From: a virus
Lineage: Duplodnaviria; Caudoviricetes
DNA: 64,000 nt
Virus record (IMG/VR): IMGVR_UViG_3300033463_000039
Span: 53,994-117,993 of that record
Strand: one strand, 5' to 3'
How positions within the stretch are numbered: the first letter of the stretch is position 1; each line of letters opens with the position of its first letter. Shown in pieces: positions 14,890-28,074 of the stretch. A model generated the notes under the pieces. That model searched no databases. It was not told the origin of the DNA and worked only from the letters and a program-made list of their open reading frames with translations. A program made the translations under genes and the position numbers.

Positions 14890-15768
14890 CTAAATGCTTT
14901 CATCATCACCAGGGTGTTTCATAACTGATGTTAAATCAGCTTCTGTGCTCTCAAAGTCTTCAACAACTTGGATTACACATAAAACTTTCTTTGTGCTGTT
15001 GAAATATGTATATCCAGGCATTGCATCCATTGTGAATGTAAATGTTGAAGGATCTCCTGTACTAGCCATACTAAATGTAAAGTTAGATTGAATTTTAACA
15101 TTAGGTAGAGTAATTTCAGCTGGTAAATCTTTACCTGTGCTTTGATCTCTAAATAATGTGCTAGCTTCAACATAGTAGTAACCAGCGAAGTTTTCAGCAT
15201 CAATTTGTAATTCAGAAATAGTTCCTGCATTTCTTACTATATAGTAATCAACACTTACTGTATCTCCTGTATTTGAAGTAGCTCCAGTAATTTTCTTTCC
15301 AGATACTGTTGTTCCTTCTACTAATTCTCCTGTTATAGATCCATCAGCTTCTGTAACTGCGATAAATATAGGAGCTGTAGCGTCGATTTCATCATCTTCA
15401 TTCATAGCATCTGTTAAATCAATTTCTCCTGTTGCAGAAACAACAGCTGCAGATGTCATATGAACATGAACTTCTTCCTCAGCATCTTTGAATAGACCAG
15501 CACCACTTAAGATACTAAATCCAATTGGTGAAAGTAATGCATCTTCAACTGTGAAAGTTAAAGTTTTCTCACCTTCCCAAGCGATAAGTCTTGTATTTCC
15601 TCTACCACCTTGAGCATAAACTGTTGTTGCAGCTCCCTCAATTGTAGAAGTTTTAGCTGTGTCTATATAAAGAACAGGTTGACCAGCTTGGAATGTTGTA
15701 GAACCTATTTTTTGAGCTGTTTTAGCTTTAAAAACTACGTTAGCAATCTCGCGAACACCAAACTTCAT
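14890..15768 (-). CDS. Major tail tube protein
   Basis: Intact ORF, beta-rich, position between neck genes and TMP; motifs YAQGGRGNTRLIAWEG and SNFTFSMASTGDPSTFTFTMDA. Confidence 0.7.
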   Translation of the reverse strand: MKFGVREIANVVFKAKTAQKIGSTTFQAGQPVLYIDTAKTSTIEGAATTVYAQGGRGNTRLIAWEGEKTLTFTVEDALLSPIGFSILSGAGLFKDAEEEVHVHMTSAAVVSATGEIDLTDAMNEDDEIDATAPIFIAVTEADGSITGELVEGTTVSGKKITGATSNTGDTVSVDYYIVRNAGTISELQIDAENFAGYYYVEASTLFRDQSTGKDLPAEITLPNVKIQSNFTFSMASTGDPSTFTFTMDAMPGYTYFNSTKKVLCVIQVVEDFESTEADLTSVMKHPGDDESI

Positions 15769-15854
15769 ATAAATTTCCTCCTTTTATATTTTTTAATTTA
15801 TAAAACTCCTTTTATTTCTTTCTGCTAGTATTAAAAAATCAATTAGAACATTTT

Positions 15855-16619
15855 TTATTGTTCTTCATTATCATTATCAGAATGAATATCCTTCATTCAA
15901 TCTTTAACTGGGCCTAAATCTTCAGACTTCGCGCCCGCTAGTAATGCACTTTGATGTGCATCAAAAGCAAGTTTCAATTGAAATCTTTGAAATTCATCAA
16001 ATAATTGATACAAAGAATAATTTAACAAAGCATTCATATCTTTGTTTTCACCTACTGCAAGAATTGAAATATATCTACTCAAAATAGCAACTTTTTGATC
16101 ATTTTTAGACTCTTTAGCCATAATTTTATTACGACTCTTTTTTAGCTTTTCTGCAATTTTACTTGCAAGACCGCCGGCTGGATTATATTCTTTCTCCCCA
16201 CCGCCTAAAACTAATATTTCATTCAATGCTTCTAAAAAAATATTATAATTTTTTTCATTTAAACTAAGCATTATATCATCTTGCTTTAAAACTATTTCAG
16301 ATTTATCAAAATCTAAACTAATTTCATAAGCAGGAAATAATAGAGATAAAACTTGTAAAACACATTGTTTATTATATTGCATTTTATTATTTTTTTCTCT
16401 AATTATTGACATTATTATATTAAAATTGCTTATATTCTCTAAACGATTTTTGTCCTCTTCTTCTAAATTCTCTTTAGAAAATCTTAATATTTCACAACCT
16501 GTAAAAAAGGTATCTTCTCCTATAAAAGCAATTTCTTTTATTGTAGGAGGGTGAAATAAAATATTTAATTCTACTAAAGGAATATCATTCCCAGACAATA
16601 ATAACAATTCATTAATCAT
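15855..16619 (-). CDS. Hypothetical tail-region protein (code 4)
   Basis: Track ORF ends at TGA 15897; readthrough adds WMKDIHSDNDNEEQ to TAA. Confidence 0.7.
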
Positions 16620-16624
16620 AAATA

Positions 16625-17221
16625 TTACTCTTCTTCTCTATCTGGTATTTTATCATCAGAACCATGAATAGCTCTATATGTTAAAGTATATCCTGATAAT
16701 ACTTCATCTAATACTAATTCATTACATCCCATAAAATTTAATTCCCCAATTCCAGTTAATTTAGTTTTATTTAAAATTCCATCTATATAACCTGCAATTT
16801 TAATTGGTCTAATTTGATAATTATCCATTACCCAATAATCAGTATGACATAATATATCAAAATGAATAGTACAATCTCTAAATTCCGGATTTGTTGCATT
16901 AGGAGTAAAATTATCAAAAGTAAGAATAATATAAGATTTTACTTTCTCATGTTCTGGCATAGCAATTTTTGGTGCTAATTTTATATAACCTTCTTGAACA
17001 AGAGTAGCTAAATTTGTATTATTAACTTTTTCTATATATTCCTCATTTGTTAAATTAGACAAACAATCTTTAGTAGGAATTACTAATAATCTTAATAATT
17101 GTTTATTATAAGGTTTATGATCAAAAAACAACTTTGTTAGTATTAAACTAATATCTTTCTCAATAGAAAGGAAAGATGAACTAATACTTGTAGAAGCTGT
17201 TTCTATAAGGTCTCTTTTCAT
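16625..17221 (-). CDS. Putative tail terminator/neck protein
   Basis: Intact ORF in neck position; function from synteny only. Confidence 0.55.
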   Translation of the reverse strand: MKRDLIETASTSISSSFLSIEKDISLILTKLFFDHKPYNKQLLRLLVIPTKDCLSNLTNEEYIEKVNNTNLATLVQEGYIKLAPKIAMPEHEKVKSYIILTFDNFTPNATNPEFRDCTIHFDILCHTDYWVMDNYQIRPIKIAGYIDGILNKTKLTGIGELNFMGCNELVLDEVLSGYTLTYRAIHGSDDKIPDREEE

Positions 17222-17234
17222 CTAACTCTCCTTT

Positions 17235-18236
17235 CTATAAAGAATTTATTGTAATTGTTTTTATTATATCTTCTTCTCCAGTTCTTCTATATATTAAATC
17301 TACAAAACCACTCTTTGAAGTTACAATAGTAATAGTAACAGAAGAGTCTGAAGAACCATCTATTTTTGCCTTAGTGTTGCTTAGGAACCAAGTTCCATCT
17401 GAGGCATTTTCAATAGTATAAGTAGATGTATCAAAAGGATACAAACTATCCTTTCCATTAATTGCGGGCGTCTGGTCTGGTATTGGATCAGTCTCATCTT
17501 GAGAAGGATCTGTCTCGTCCGGAGTTTCATCACCGGCCGCATCCGCATTATTTTCTTCAAATTCATTTGTAAATGTTTCTCTTAAATAAACAATTAACAT
17601 AGTCTCTGAAGTTATATCATCTACCATTTGTACTTCTCATAATCTATCTTTTATAGTTACTTTTTTAAATCTTTCAAAGTAACCTTTTGTTGTATCATCT
17701 GCTGTTATATATAATATTACTTCATATCCCATTTCGCTCCAAGAATTATGTCCTTTAGTATGCCATAGAGCTTCATCTCCATCTCTACTAAACCAACCAT
17801 AATATGATTTTCCATTGACAACAACTTCATCTTCTGCCTTTCTAATAGTTCCTCTAAAATAAGCATTTTCTTCTAATATTTCTTGAATAACAATCCAATG
17901 AGTATTAGTTTCTTTCCAAGTGAAAGTATCGCCAACTTTCATATTAATTTTTCTTAATTCTACTGGATCTCAATTTATAAACTTTTCATCCTCCCCATTT
18001 AGACATGTATCTTCATAAGGAATTGAAATAATCTTATCATCATAATCTTCCTTTAACTTATCATGATTTATTAAACATTTAAATTCTCTTTCATCATCTA
18101 ATATTGCGGTTTGAGCTTGATAACTATAAAGTAAAGCTTTCTTTAAACTTCTTAGCTTATCTTGATCCATTCTATCTTCTTGCGCAATCCCGCCTTGATA
18201 AGTTAATCTTGTTCGTAAATTATCTAGACTTGACAT
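17235..18236 (-). CDS. Putative head-closure/neck protein (code 4)
   Basis: Track ORFs 17970-18242, 17637-17942 and 17235-17627 in one frame joined at TGA. Confidence 0.7.
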
Positions 18237-18540
18237 ATTCACTCACCTTATTCATAAGGTTTAAACAATCAAAAATCATTCTTCTAAAACTGAAGAAATC
18301 ATCAGTATCTAAACTCTTAAGCCCTTCTAATTTACTAAGCAAAGAAACGTAATCAGGACCTATATCTTGATTAAATAATTCATACATTCCTGAAAATTCT
18401 TCTATAATAGTAGATAAAGGAACCTTTCAATCGGCTCCCTCTTCTCTACTTGGTAATAACTTATAAGTTCTATTTATAAGTTTTTTTAAATTTGCTAAAA
18501 TATCTTCTGTAGATATATCTACATTATATTTACTCATCAT
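18220..18540 (-). CDS. Hypothetical 106-aa protein missed by the ORF track (code 4)
   Basis: MMSKYNVDIS...REEGAD(W=TGA)KGPL...VKSR-TAA; fills the gap between flanking genes with overlapping start/stop. Confidence 0.7.
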
Positions 18541-19079
18541 TATGAAAGACCCCCTTCTGAAGGCGGCTTCATAATAGTATCAAAAGTTGATCTGATACGA
18601 CCATCTTCTGTAAGAGTCCTTCTCTTATACAATCTCTGTAAATGAAACCCTTCTCTTTCATATTCTTTTCTTAATGTAACTAACTTTTGAATATGATTTG
18701 CTTGAGAAGTAAATTTAAAATCTGTTCCACTATACTTCATTCTTACATTCTCTATACTAGCTAACTGTTGACCTAACCATTCTACTACCATATAAGTTGC
18801 TAAAATATTAATTTCTTCTGAAGTTAATTTATTATTAAAAAAGCCAACTTTATAAACAGTTTTAGTTTGTTCATCAACGGTTGTTGTAGTAGTATAAGAT
18901 TTTTTATAATCTGAGACATCCTTACGAGGAAACTCAAATTTAGGAATTGCAGATAATAACAATTCTTCTAACATACTGTAAGTCTCGTCTTTAGACAATT
19001 CCATATACATATCATCAGTTATCTTTGCTAGAAAAGAATCATAAATGTCAGAAAAAGGTGTAGTATATAAATTAGCCAT
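18540..19079 (-). CDS. Putative head-tail adaptor
   Basis: Intact ORF downstream of capsid genes; LTSEEINILATYMVVEWL...DFKFTSQANH. Confidence 0.6.
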   Translation of the reverse strand: MANLYTTPFSDIYDSFLAKITDDMYMELSKDETYSMLEELLLSAIPKFEFPRKDVSDYKKSYTTTTTVDEQTKTVYKVGFFNNKLTSEEINILATYMVVEWLGQQLASIENVRMKYSGTDFKFTSQANHIQKLVTLRKEYEREGFHLQRLYKRRTLTEDGRIRSTFDTIMKPPSEGGLS

Positions 19080-19096
19080 ATTACACCTCCCTTGTA

Positions 19097-19663
19097 TTAT
19101 TTATTTATTATTTTATATTTACTCTCTGTGCTGCTACTACCTGATTTTGGAGTCTTAGCCGCTAAAGGACTAGTTCTTCTCTTGTTTGTAGCCGCTACAG
19201 GACTAGTTGTTTGCTCTTCTAAATTTAATCTTATTGCTGTATCTACATCAAAATTGGTTTGTTGTTTTATTGCTTCTCTCTTATCTACATTATTAATCTT
19301 TAAATCTACTGCTTCTTGCTTAATTAAATCAACAACTCCCGCAGGAGCAAATTCTAAAGCATCTTTTAATTGATCAAGAGTTCCTTCTATTAAAAGTTTT
19401 TTAACTGTTTCTTGATCATAATAATATTCAGGCTCAATTTCACCTAATATTTCTTGTGCAGCATCTTCATCACCAATAATAAGATAATTTTTTAATAAAG
19501 ATCTTCCGCCTTTTGCCCAAGATAATTTTTCTATCTCTTCAAAAGTTACCATTTTAGTTTCTCCAGGACTAAATACCTTACGAGTTCCTGTATCTGGTAA
19601 TGTATATTCAACAGTTCCTGTATCTCTATTTGTTAAAGCAATTATTTTAGTTTTATCTATCAT
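19097..19663 (-). CDS. Hypothetical head-region protein
   Basis: Intact ORF with GGAGG RBS. Confidence 0.65.
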   Translation of the reverse strand: MIDKTKIIALTNRDTGTVEYTLPDTGTRKVFSPGETKMVTFEEIEKLSWAKGGRSLLKNYLIIGDEDAAQEILGEIEPEYYYDQETVKKLLIEGTLDQLKDALEFAPAGVVDLIKQEAVDLKINNVDKREAIKQQTNFDVDTAIRLNLEEQTTSPVAATNKRRTSPLAAKTPKSGSSSTESKYKIINK

Positions 19664-19829
19664 TTGCTTTATATACCTCCTTTTATCTTTATATTTGTCC
19701 TCATAAATAATATATTATAATTTTTCATATTTTTCAAGTTTCCAAAAGATAAAAGAAAAGAGGGAAGATTAACCATTATAATTAATCTTTTGATTTCCTA
19801 ATTATAACTTTGTCTTCCCTGATATATAA

Positions 19830-20867
19830 CTAAACTGAATATTCTGGTGCTAAACTTGTATTTCTGTATACACAGATATTATTTGATACTAATGTAGCAA
19901 CACCGAATTTCTTGTAAACTCTAATTTCTCTAGACCAATCTTCGTTATCTACTTCTTTAACTGCTGTAGGACCTTCAAAAGCTATCTTAACTGGTTTGCT
20001 ATTATCTCCAGCTGGGATAATCCATGCATATGATGGATCTATAACTTTTGTTGTATTTGTTTCATCTTCATAAGCTTGATTTAGAACAATTACATTATGT
20101 CCTTTATAGTTAGCTAAGTAACCATTATTCCATCTCTCATCTTTATGATTATCAGATCTCCAACCTTCTTCTGGAACCATTGTTGCAGCAAATTCATATG
20201 TACAATAAATTGTAGATTTTCCATAAGAATCAGCAACAGCAATTAAGTTGTCCATAGCTGCTTCATCAAAAGCATTAGTTGTTGTTTTGTTAGCTCCTTG
20301 TAATTCTTCTACCATTGCAATTAAAGCTTTAGCGATTTCTTTATAAACAGCTTCGTCTAAACCTTCCATAACAATTTCAAGAATTTCAGCGAAATCTACT
20401 CTTCCATCTAGGAATTCTTCAAATCCTATTTGAGCAGCTCCACCATAAGCTTCTGTATTTACATCTACGTATTTTCCATCTAGTTTGAATACTTCATAAA
20501 CGCCTGCTAAACCAACTCTAGTAACAAATCTTTTAGCTCTACGTCTTGCAGATTCTGTAATTCTTGTTACAAATCTAGCTTTATCACCTTGAGCTAAAGT
20601 TTTGATTTCAGCAAACATTCCATATTGCTCTAAAACTTTTCTTGGTAATACATCTGTAACTGTTTCTTCGATTAATTCGAATATAATATTTTTGTTGTTT
20701 TCATATTGTCTATAAGTACCTGCTAATTCATTTAACTCTTTTCTTAGAGTATCATTTAAATCAGAATAACTGAATTTATTTTCTCCAAAAGAATATGCTA
20801 CTTGAGAAGAAGAGTCTGCGTTAGCAACGGTCTTAGCTAGTTTTATTAATTCACTTTTTTCTAACAT
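19830..20867 (-). CDS. Major capsid protein (likely HK97 fold)
   Basis: 345 aa, follows protease/scaffold and a small head gene, strong RBS; all Trp codons are TGG. Confidence 0.8.
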   Translation of the reverse strand: MLEKSELIKLAKTVANADSSSQVAYSFGENKFSYSDLNDTLRKELNELAGTYRQYENNKNIIFELIEETVTDVLPRKVLEQYGMFAEIKTLAQGDKARFVTRITESARRRAKRFVTRVGLAGVYEVFKLDGKYVDVNTEAYGGAAQIGFEEFLDGRVDFAEILEIVMEGLDEAVYKEIAKALIAMVEELQGANKTTTNAFDEAAMDNLIAVADSYGKSTIYCTYEFAATMVPEEGWRSDNHKDERWNNGYLANYKGHNVIVLNQAYEDETNTTKVIDPSYAWIIPAGDNSKPVKIAFEGPTAVKEVDNEDWSREIRVYKKFGVATLVSNNICVYRNTSLAPEYSV

Positions 20868-20885
20868 AATACTTTACTCCTCCTC

Positions 20886-21395
20886 TTACGCGATTCTTTG
20901 AACTTTAACAGCAGGTTGTCCATCAGCTAATGTATAAACATCAACGATTTGGAATTGCATTCCTGTACTTACTGTTTTATCCAAAAATCCTTCGCTATTT
21001 ATTCCTAATTTTTCTTCTACTGCATAATCTCCCATTTCAAGTTCACTTGTAGCTGAAGTTGCAGCGGCTTTTAAGCAGTTTGTTGTAAATATATCACCGA
21101 TATTTGTTTTGAATAATCTTGGATATATAACTCCGTCAGCTGCTTCTGATGCTAGAGCAACATAATCTTTGTATGTTCTATAACCATCATATAGTTTTAC
21201 TTCGTTGAATACTAACATCCATTCTATTTCTGCATCACTTGAGAAATCTACGACTTTTTTAGCATAGTCATATTTTGCAAATTGACCATTTTCTAATTGA
21301 GCAATTCCAGTTGCTGGTAATTGTGCATAGATTTGACCAGTTCTTTGAGCAGAAAGATGGTTAGGCTCAACTTGTCCAAAACCTTTTCTTTTCAT
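20886..21395 (-). CDS. Putative head decoration/cement protein
   Basis: 169 aa between scaffold and MCP. Confidence 0.55.
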   Translation of the reverse strand: MKRKGFGQVEPNHLSAQRTGQIYAQLPATGIAQLENGQFAKYDYAKKVVDFSSDAEIEWMLVFNEVKLYDGYRTYKDYVALASEAADGVIYPRLFKTNIGDIFTTNCLKAAATSATSELEMGDYAVEEKLGINSEGFLDKTVSTGMQFQIVDVYTLADGQPAVKVQRIA

Positions 21396-21414
21396 AGTTT
21401 ATAATTCCTCCTTA

Positions 21415-22797
21415 TTATTTTTTGCTATTTTGAGTATCTATACAAGCAGAAATCCATGCAGGTACAGCTTCATCTTCTTGAGGAAGATTGAATGTTGCCT
21501 CTGGTGAATTTTCTTCTTCTATATTCTTATCATTTTTTTCTGAATCCTCTGAATCAAAATTAACCCTTTTTCTTACACAAATTACAGATAATTTAGATTC
21601 AATTTCATCTAAGCTATAATTTTTAATGTTTTCTACTACATCTTTCTTATCTTCATCTGTTAACATATAAAAACTATCAATTAAAGCATTTTTCTTTTCT
21701 GTTTCTACGTTTTCTTTAAATTCTACTAACTCTGCATATTTATTTTCTAAATCTGCATAAGATGCTTGTAGTTTTTTGTAATCCTCTAATGTAAATTCTT
21801 CTGCGGCTGGTTGCTCTTCAGTTGCTTCAACCTCGGTTGATTCTTCTTCAGCGGCTTCCGCATTTTCCTCAACATCAGATTCTACATCATTTACAGCTTC
21901 GTTAACAGGGTTTTCTTCAACTTCAGTAGTTTCTTCTTCTTTTTCTTCTTCTACTTCTGTTGTTTCTGATTCGGTTACTTCTTCAGCTGTTTCAACTTCT
22001 TCTGTTGTTGTTTCTTCAGCTTTAACTTCTTCTTCAACTACAGGTTCAGTTTCAACTTCTGGAGTTTCGATAACTTCTTCTTCGTTTTCCATGTTTTTTC
22101 CTCCTTCTAATGCAAATTTTAAATCTTGCATCATAGTAAATAATGTTTTCTTAAAATTGTCATCAACTTTTGTAAAAGTTTTGCTTACATCTGGAGCTGT
22201 TACACTAGCACCTTCAAAGCAAGGTTCTACATTTTCACCTAAAATGCATAATTTAGAAAATATTGCGTCATCAATTATAAAAAATTCCATATTTGAATTA
22301 TTATCTATTGACCAATGACCTTTTAAAGTTTCTTCATCTAATTCCATAGATTGATTATTTCCTTTATCAAGAACTCTTTGAGCTTCTTCAAATTGTCCTG
22401 TTCATAAATAACCATTTGTCATTAGATATTTTCTTGTTACAACATTTCCAAATTCATCAGTATCTTCAAAATCTTGAAATCATACTTTTGCATCTGGGGC
22501 AACAAATCCATAAGGTTTAGTTAGACAATTAAATTTAATACCTTCATCATCAATAATTACTTGTTCACCATGATCTGCAAAATCTTCATCCTCTGGTTTA
22601 TAATAACCAACGATAGGAGCACCTCTTAATGTCTTTGACATTTCAGTAGCAACTTCTTTATTGATATAACTACCATTACGATTTTGTCCTACATAAAGAA
22701 CTTTTATCTCACACTTACTCATCAAAGGATTTATATCCAAAGGTTGAAGATTTATAAATTCAGGAGAACTTATGGTTGCTATTGATTTGTGCATCAT
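21415..22797 (-). CDS. Prohead protease/scaffold protein (code 4)
   Basis: 22480-22797 and 21415-22347 in frame via TGA (KV-W-FQDF, GYL-W-TG); QSMEL...FSKLCILGENVEPCFEGA protease-like core, then acidic linker and coiled coil. Confidence 0.8.
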
Positions 22798-22873
22798 ACT
22801 GATATCCTCCTATCTTTTCTAACTACTATTATTTTAATTTTATTTAAACTCCATTAATGTTTTTTGTCCTATT

Positions 22874-24481
22874 TTATTTTTGAGATTCAAGATTTTCTAA
22901 AGTTTTTTCAGAAACTTCTTTACCTTGTGACTCATTTGTAGGACGTCCCGCCTCACTTTCTTCAGATTCTTTATTAGTTTTATTTTGTTCATTAACACGA
23001 TTCAAAACATCTGAATTCATAGTTGAGCTCATCATTGGTGGAATAAATACATTAATAAGATCAAGTACATCATTTTCAAAATATGCATTAGCAAGTATTG
23101 CGCTTTGAGTTTGTCCAAGAGCAATTTGTGCCAATAATTTACTATAACCAACTTGCATTTGTTCTTTGTACATTTTTGATAATTCTTTGTAATTATAAAT
23201 TGTTGTAGTTAATAATTGTGCTCTGAAAGAAATTTTCTTTGATACATTAAATTTTACTAATAAATAATTTAAGAAATCTTGAAATTGTAATAATAAATTA
23301 TACATTGAAGCTTCATCATTTAAAATTGATTTCTCAAGAGCTATATTACCATCTGTATTAAATTGCATTTGACTAATTCCTGCTTCATTATATACAGTTC
23401 TTTCAACTTTTGCTAAATCATCAACAGTAGTAGTTGTATTTTTATCTGCCATATCCGCAACATCTACATCAGCAAAAGTAGTTAAGACATCAATTCCAAC
23501 TGCTTTTCCTAACATATTTACTGCATTATTATGTAATTGTTGAGCTTCATCAACATCAAAAACTAAATCGCCATTTTTATCTACTGGCATTTTTTGAATA
23601 ATAATTTTTAATAATTTTTGAGCCATTCTTTTTCTATCTAGTCCTTGTGCTACATCTAAATCAAGAATAGCAGGAATTACCGCAATTAAAACAGGAAAAT
23701 CTTCCCCATTAATATTAAATTTAACAGCCTTGTTAATATCTAATAAATACCATCCAGAAGTATCTCCTTCAAAATCAGGAACTAATTTTCCTTCTTTAAA
23801 AAGTCTATATCCTTGCTTGAATTCTTTTGGAAATAAATTTAAAATTCTCATTTTTTGTTGAGCATCTTTAAATTTATCATCAAAATATTTCATATTAAAT
23901 TCTATTGCGGGTCTTCCCATTACACTAAATCTTGATCTACAATATTTAATAGGAAGCTCTTGAATTTGAACACTAGTTATATTATCAATAATATAACCAT
24001 AATAGCATCCATTTCTAACTACTTTTAAAGCAATATTTCCAAACAATTCTTTTATTTTTGAATTATCAAAATAATTTAATATTTTATAAAAATTAGTTAA
24101 TAATTTTTTATCGTTTTTTAATTCTTCATCGTTGATATAAGGGGTTATCATTCAATCATATCTATACATATAAGCTAAATATTTACAAAGTCTACCATAT
24201 ATACCACTTGTTCTATAAAAGAAATTTGAAACTGATTGCATTGTAAGTAAATCATTATCTGCAATAGCTTTTAACACTCTTTCTTTATTTCCTAAATTAG
24301 AGTTTATTCTATTATAAATAGAAACATCTGTTAAAGTTGCATCTTCTAAATGTTGTAAACCAATTTTTATTTTAGAAAAATCAACAGGAACATATGATTC
24401 ATCTGGATTTGCGGTGCCATTAGAAATAGTAAAACCTTTTTTCTTTATCTCATCCATTCTATTATTAATCAAAGTTGACAC
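22874..24481 (-). CDS. Portal protein (code 4)
   Basis: 24152-24481 and 22874-24151 abut in frame with one TGA (YRYD-W-MITP); ~535 aa between terminase and protease. Confidence 0.8.
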
Positions 24482-24514
24482 CTCTCTTTGCTATAATTTT
24501 TTAGTATATTTAAT

Positions 24515-24884
24515 CTAAAAGCCTCCAAGCGCATAATAGATATTCATAATATAATCATAACTAATTTTACTTTCCTCTGTATAAGGAATAGCAATTAAAA
24601 TAATATTATGTTTTCTACAATATTCTCTTTTTAAAAAATCATTATATTGTTGTCTTTTTAATCCGGCTTTTTCCTCCAAATTTACTTTTTGCAACATAAT
24701 GCTGAATTCCTTGATACTCTAATACGAATTGTAAATTTTCATCATCATCAAAAACTGCAAAATCAAATCTTAAAGGAATTCCATTTGAGCTAATCAAATC
24801 ATCAAAAGAATATTCTTCTACGTAATTTAATCCAGCTTGCTCAAAAATTTCTTCTATTTTGATTTCTCCTCGACTCGCTCTCAT
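24515..24884 (-). CDS. Vsr/DUF559-like PD-(D/E)xK endonuclease, requires +1 frameshift at CGG 24665-24663
   Basis: SRGEIKI...LRFDF...LEYQGIQHY...FGGKS(+1)GLKRQQYNDFLKREYCRKHNIILIAIPY; two overlapping track ORFs join at AGC-C-GGA. Confidence 0.8.
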
Positions 24885-24995
24885 TCTACCTCCTGTATAA
24901 AAATATATACATAGATATGATTCGATATACTAAACATTTCTAATATATATTTATTTTTTTCACAATAAATTAATCAAAATCTGCCCAAAAGAGAG

Positions 24996-26753
24996 CTAGT
25001 TTAAAAATAAAAATTGTGAAATATCTCTTTTCTTTCTTTTTTTCTTTCTATCTTCATCTTGTTTTATATAATATAATCCATATTCAAAAGCAGAAAATTT
25101 ATCTTTAGGAATCCCGCGGCTAGATTGTTTTAAAATAATATTTGCACCTTCATTTTCTTCTACTAAATTTAACATTTGAGTTTTTAAAATTGTAGTTAAT
25201 GTAAAAGGTTTTAAATATTCCGCTCTTTTATCTCCAGACATAGTTTGACCTACTTTTGTAGACATTAATTTTACTTTCGCCTGAGTTTCATCTATTAAAA
25301 ATTTAATTTTTCCATTTAATAATTGAGTTTGAACATAACTATGAGCTTCTGTATTTATAGGTAAATTTGCTTTTATTAAATACATAGCATTACTTTCTAC
25401 TCCTGGTCCATTAACTTTTTTATATTGTTCTGTTATATCTTCATTAGTTCCACCTTCAACACCAAAAGGAGCAAGATCATCTCCTGACTCAGGATCAACT
25501 TGCGCTTTAGTCATAAAGTCAACTAAACCAATACCTAAACCATTAGCATCAATTACAACAGAACGAGCTTTATATTTATAAAATAATCTTTTAATATGAA
25601 TTGCTTGCTGTTCAAAATCTTCAGCTTCATAACTATATAAATTTACTAATGTTTTTAATGCGGCGCCTTGTAATTGTGGAGTTACTTTAAAAACACAAAC
25701 TTCTGTAGTACATTTTAAACGACCAACGTCAACTCCTAATACATAATAAGCAGTTTTATTTGAGCGGCCGCTATATTCATACTCTGGTTGTAATAAAACT
25801 CTGTATTTATCAAACTTTTCCGCAGAGAAGAATGCGTTTTCTGCATCTCCACTTCATTCTGATTCATATTCTCTTGCAAATGAATTGTCATTATAAGTTC
25901 CATCTAGTTTTAATTCTTCTATAAAAGATTTTTTTAATAGTTTTTCCATGACTGGAACGCGCCAAGATCCTCCTAGAACGACTGCTTCCGCAGGATCAAT
26001 TATTTCTTGAATTAAAATTTGAATTAATTTATCATAAGCAGAACTATTTTTTCAACCTGCGGTAGTAACATAAACTTGACTTTTATTAGTAACTTCTTCT
26101 TCAACTCTTGAACCATCAGATAATCTTCTATCAACGTTCATAGTAGGAATAATAACTTCATTTAAAATAGTTTGATCTATCAAAATACACTCTTCCATTA
26201 AACCACCAGTTGCTCTCTTACCACGAGTACTTTGCTGAGCAGCCATAACATCAAGTTTACTACCATTTTTAAATTTATATTCAACCATATTCTTAGAAGA
26301 CTTTGTTGCGCCTCTAGTCCAGTCTATTTCATTCTTAATTCCAGGTATTAATTTACAAATTTCATCTGCTTTATCCTTTAAAATGCCTGCCGCTTGTTCT
26401 TTTCCTCCAGTAGTAACAAATAAATGTGAATTAGGATATAAAATACATCTTAACATCAATACTAAAACTGATAAAAAAGATTTTGAATAACCTCTAGGAA
26501 AAGTTGCATAAGCATATCTATGACGCATCGCCGCACGCAAAAATAATCTTTGATAAAAAAATAAACTAAAATTTTCTTTATTTTCGGGTCCGCATAAAAA
26601 TTCAACAAATATATCAGGATATTCTCTCCAAAAAGCAATTTGTTTTCTTAAATTAGACATTTGTTGTTTTATACGGTCTTCAGATATCCCAACTTTTTTA
26701 GCTTCTTGATTTTCTACATGTTGCAAAATATCATTAAGAGCCATTTTTACCAT
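24996..26753 (-). CDS. Terminase large subunit (code 4)
   Basis: Walker A FPRGYSKS, Walker B-like GGLMEE, VTTAG-W(TGA)-K, FAREYESE-W, nuclease LGVDVGR, VIDANGLG, KDKFSA; 26052-26753 in frame with 24996-25514. Confidence 0.9.
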
Positions 26754-28057
26754 CTCCTTTACTTAAAGAAGTTTGTTCTGCAAATGTCTCTTGATCTAAC
26801 TCTTTTTGTCTTTCAGCTTCTGCAAGAAAAGCTTCATAATCCTCATCTTCGACCTCGGTCGTTCCTTCTTCAGCCGCATCATTCATCTCTTTTTGAATCT
26901 GGATTTTCTTTAAAGCATCTTCAATCTGTTGCCCAAAACCTAGGTCCTGGGTAACTAATTTATATAAATAATCATTCATATCTTTTAAAGTAAAATCTAC
27001 TTTATCTTGTGGAATATCAATAGCATATCTAGGGATAAAGCCTTCTCGTTCACACATAGAAACAAGCTCTCCAACGGAATCAACAAAATCATTTTTATTT
27101 TCTTTATTTTGAGCAGCAGTAAATTTCGCTGATTTTCTTAAATTTTCACTTACTTTTGATAATTTTTGAAAAGAATCTATATCTCCAATATCAAGAGCCT
27201 GATTCATTTTTAAATTTGTTTTACAAATTAAAATTAATGTATTTTTAGTATCTGCATCTTGAATATCAAAAGATTGAGTCATTTTATCATAATCAGTTTC
27301 TAATTCAACTCATTCATTTGGTTTATACATTCTTCCTCATTTAACAGCTAAAGCAATTTTATCTTCTTCTGTTAAATCTGCGGCAGGATCTGGTAATTCA
27401 TCTTCCGCCATGTATTGATCATTAAAAACATCAACACTCATAGGTGGGATTGCGGCTGTTGCAGAATTCTCCGCTCCAGGTATAGCTCAAGTAGCTCCTG
27501 GCTGAATATTTCCAGTAGAACCTATTGGAATAATAGGTGCTGCAGGAATGTTACCGAGGTATATCAGGAGGAGGATCGCCTTCCGCATGTCTAGCTTCAG
27601 TAGAAGTTAACGTTTTATATTCCGCTTCAGAAATTTCTCCTTTTTCAAACTGTTCTTTTGCCAAAGCATTTCTTTCTTCTCTACGTTTCTCCTCTTCCGC
27701 CTCGCGCTCTTCAAATTCTTTTTGTATTCTTTCTGTATCTTCCCAACTATAATCTTTTCATTGTCTTAATTTCATTTTTGATAAATATCTACCAAAGACA
27801 GAAGAAGAAGTAAGTTTATTAGGATCTTTTTCATAAATTCTATCTCTTAAAGTATTTCATTCAGTAGGAATATAAGGAACATCCATCTTCTTCAATAGTC
27901 ATAAAAAAGTCTCAGGATCAAAATTATCAATATGCATTGTTAAACATTTTTTACAAAGTTCTGTTTTACTACCATCTTTATAAGTGAAAAATTGATTTTC
28001 ATCCATTGTTTTTCCACATTTTTCACAATAATATCTTGCTTTTCCTTTATCTGGCAT
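26734..28057 (-). CDS. Zn-finger protein upstream of TerL (candidate terminase small subunit); code 4 plus +1 frameshift at CGG 27556-27554
   Basis: MPDKGKARYYCEKCGK...LCKKC N-terminus; frame 0 reads CCT-CGG-TAA, the +1 frame stays open (TGA=W) into track ORF 26734-27282. Confidence 0.7.
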
Positions 28058-28074
28058 AAAAATCAACATCTCCT

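Noticed and set aside
3181-27752. Short + strand track ORFs and nested alternate-frame ORFs within the structural module
   Set aside because: They are shadows of long code-4 genes, with no RBS or recognisable motifs
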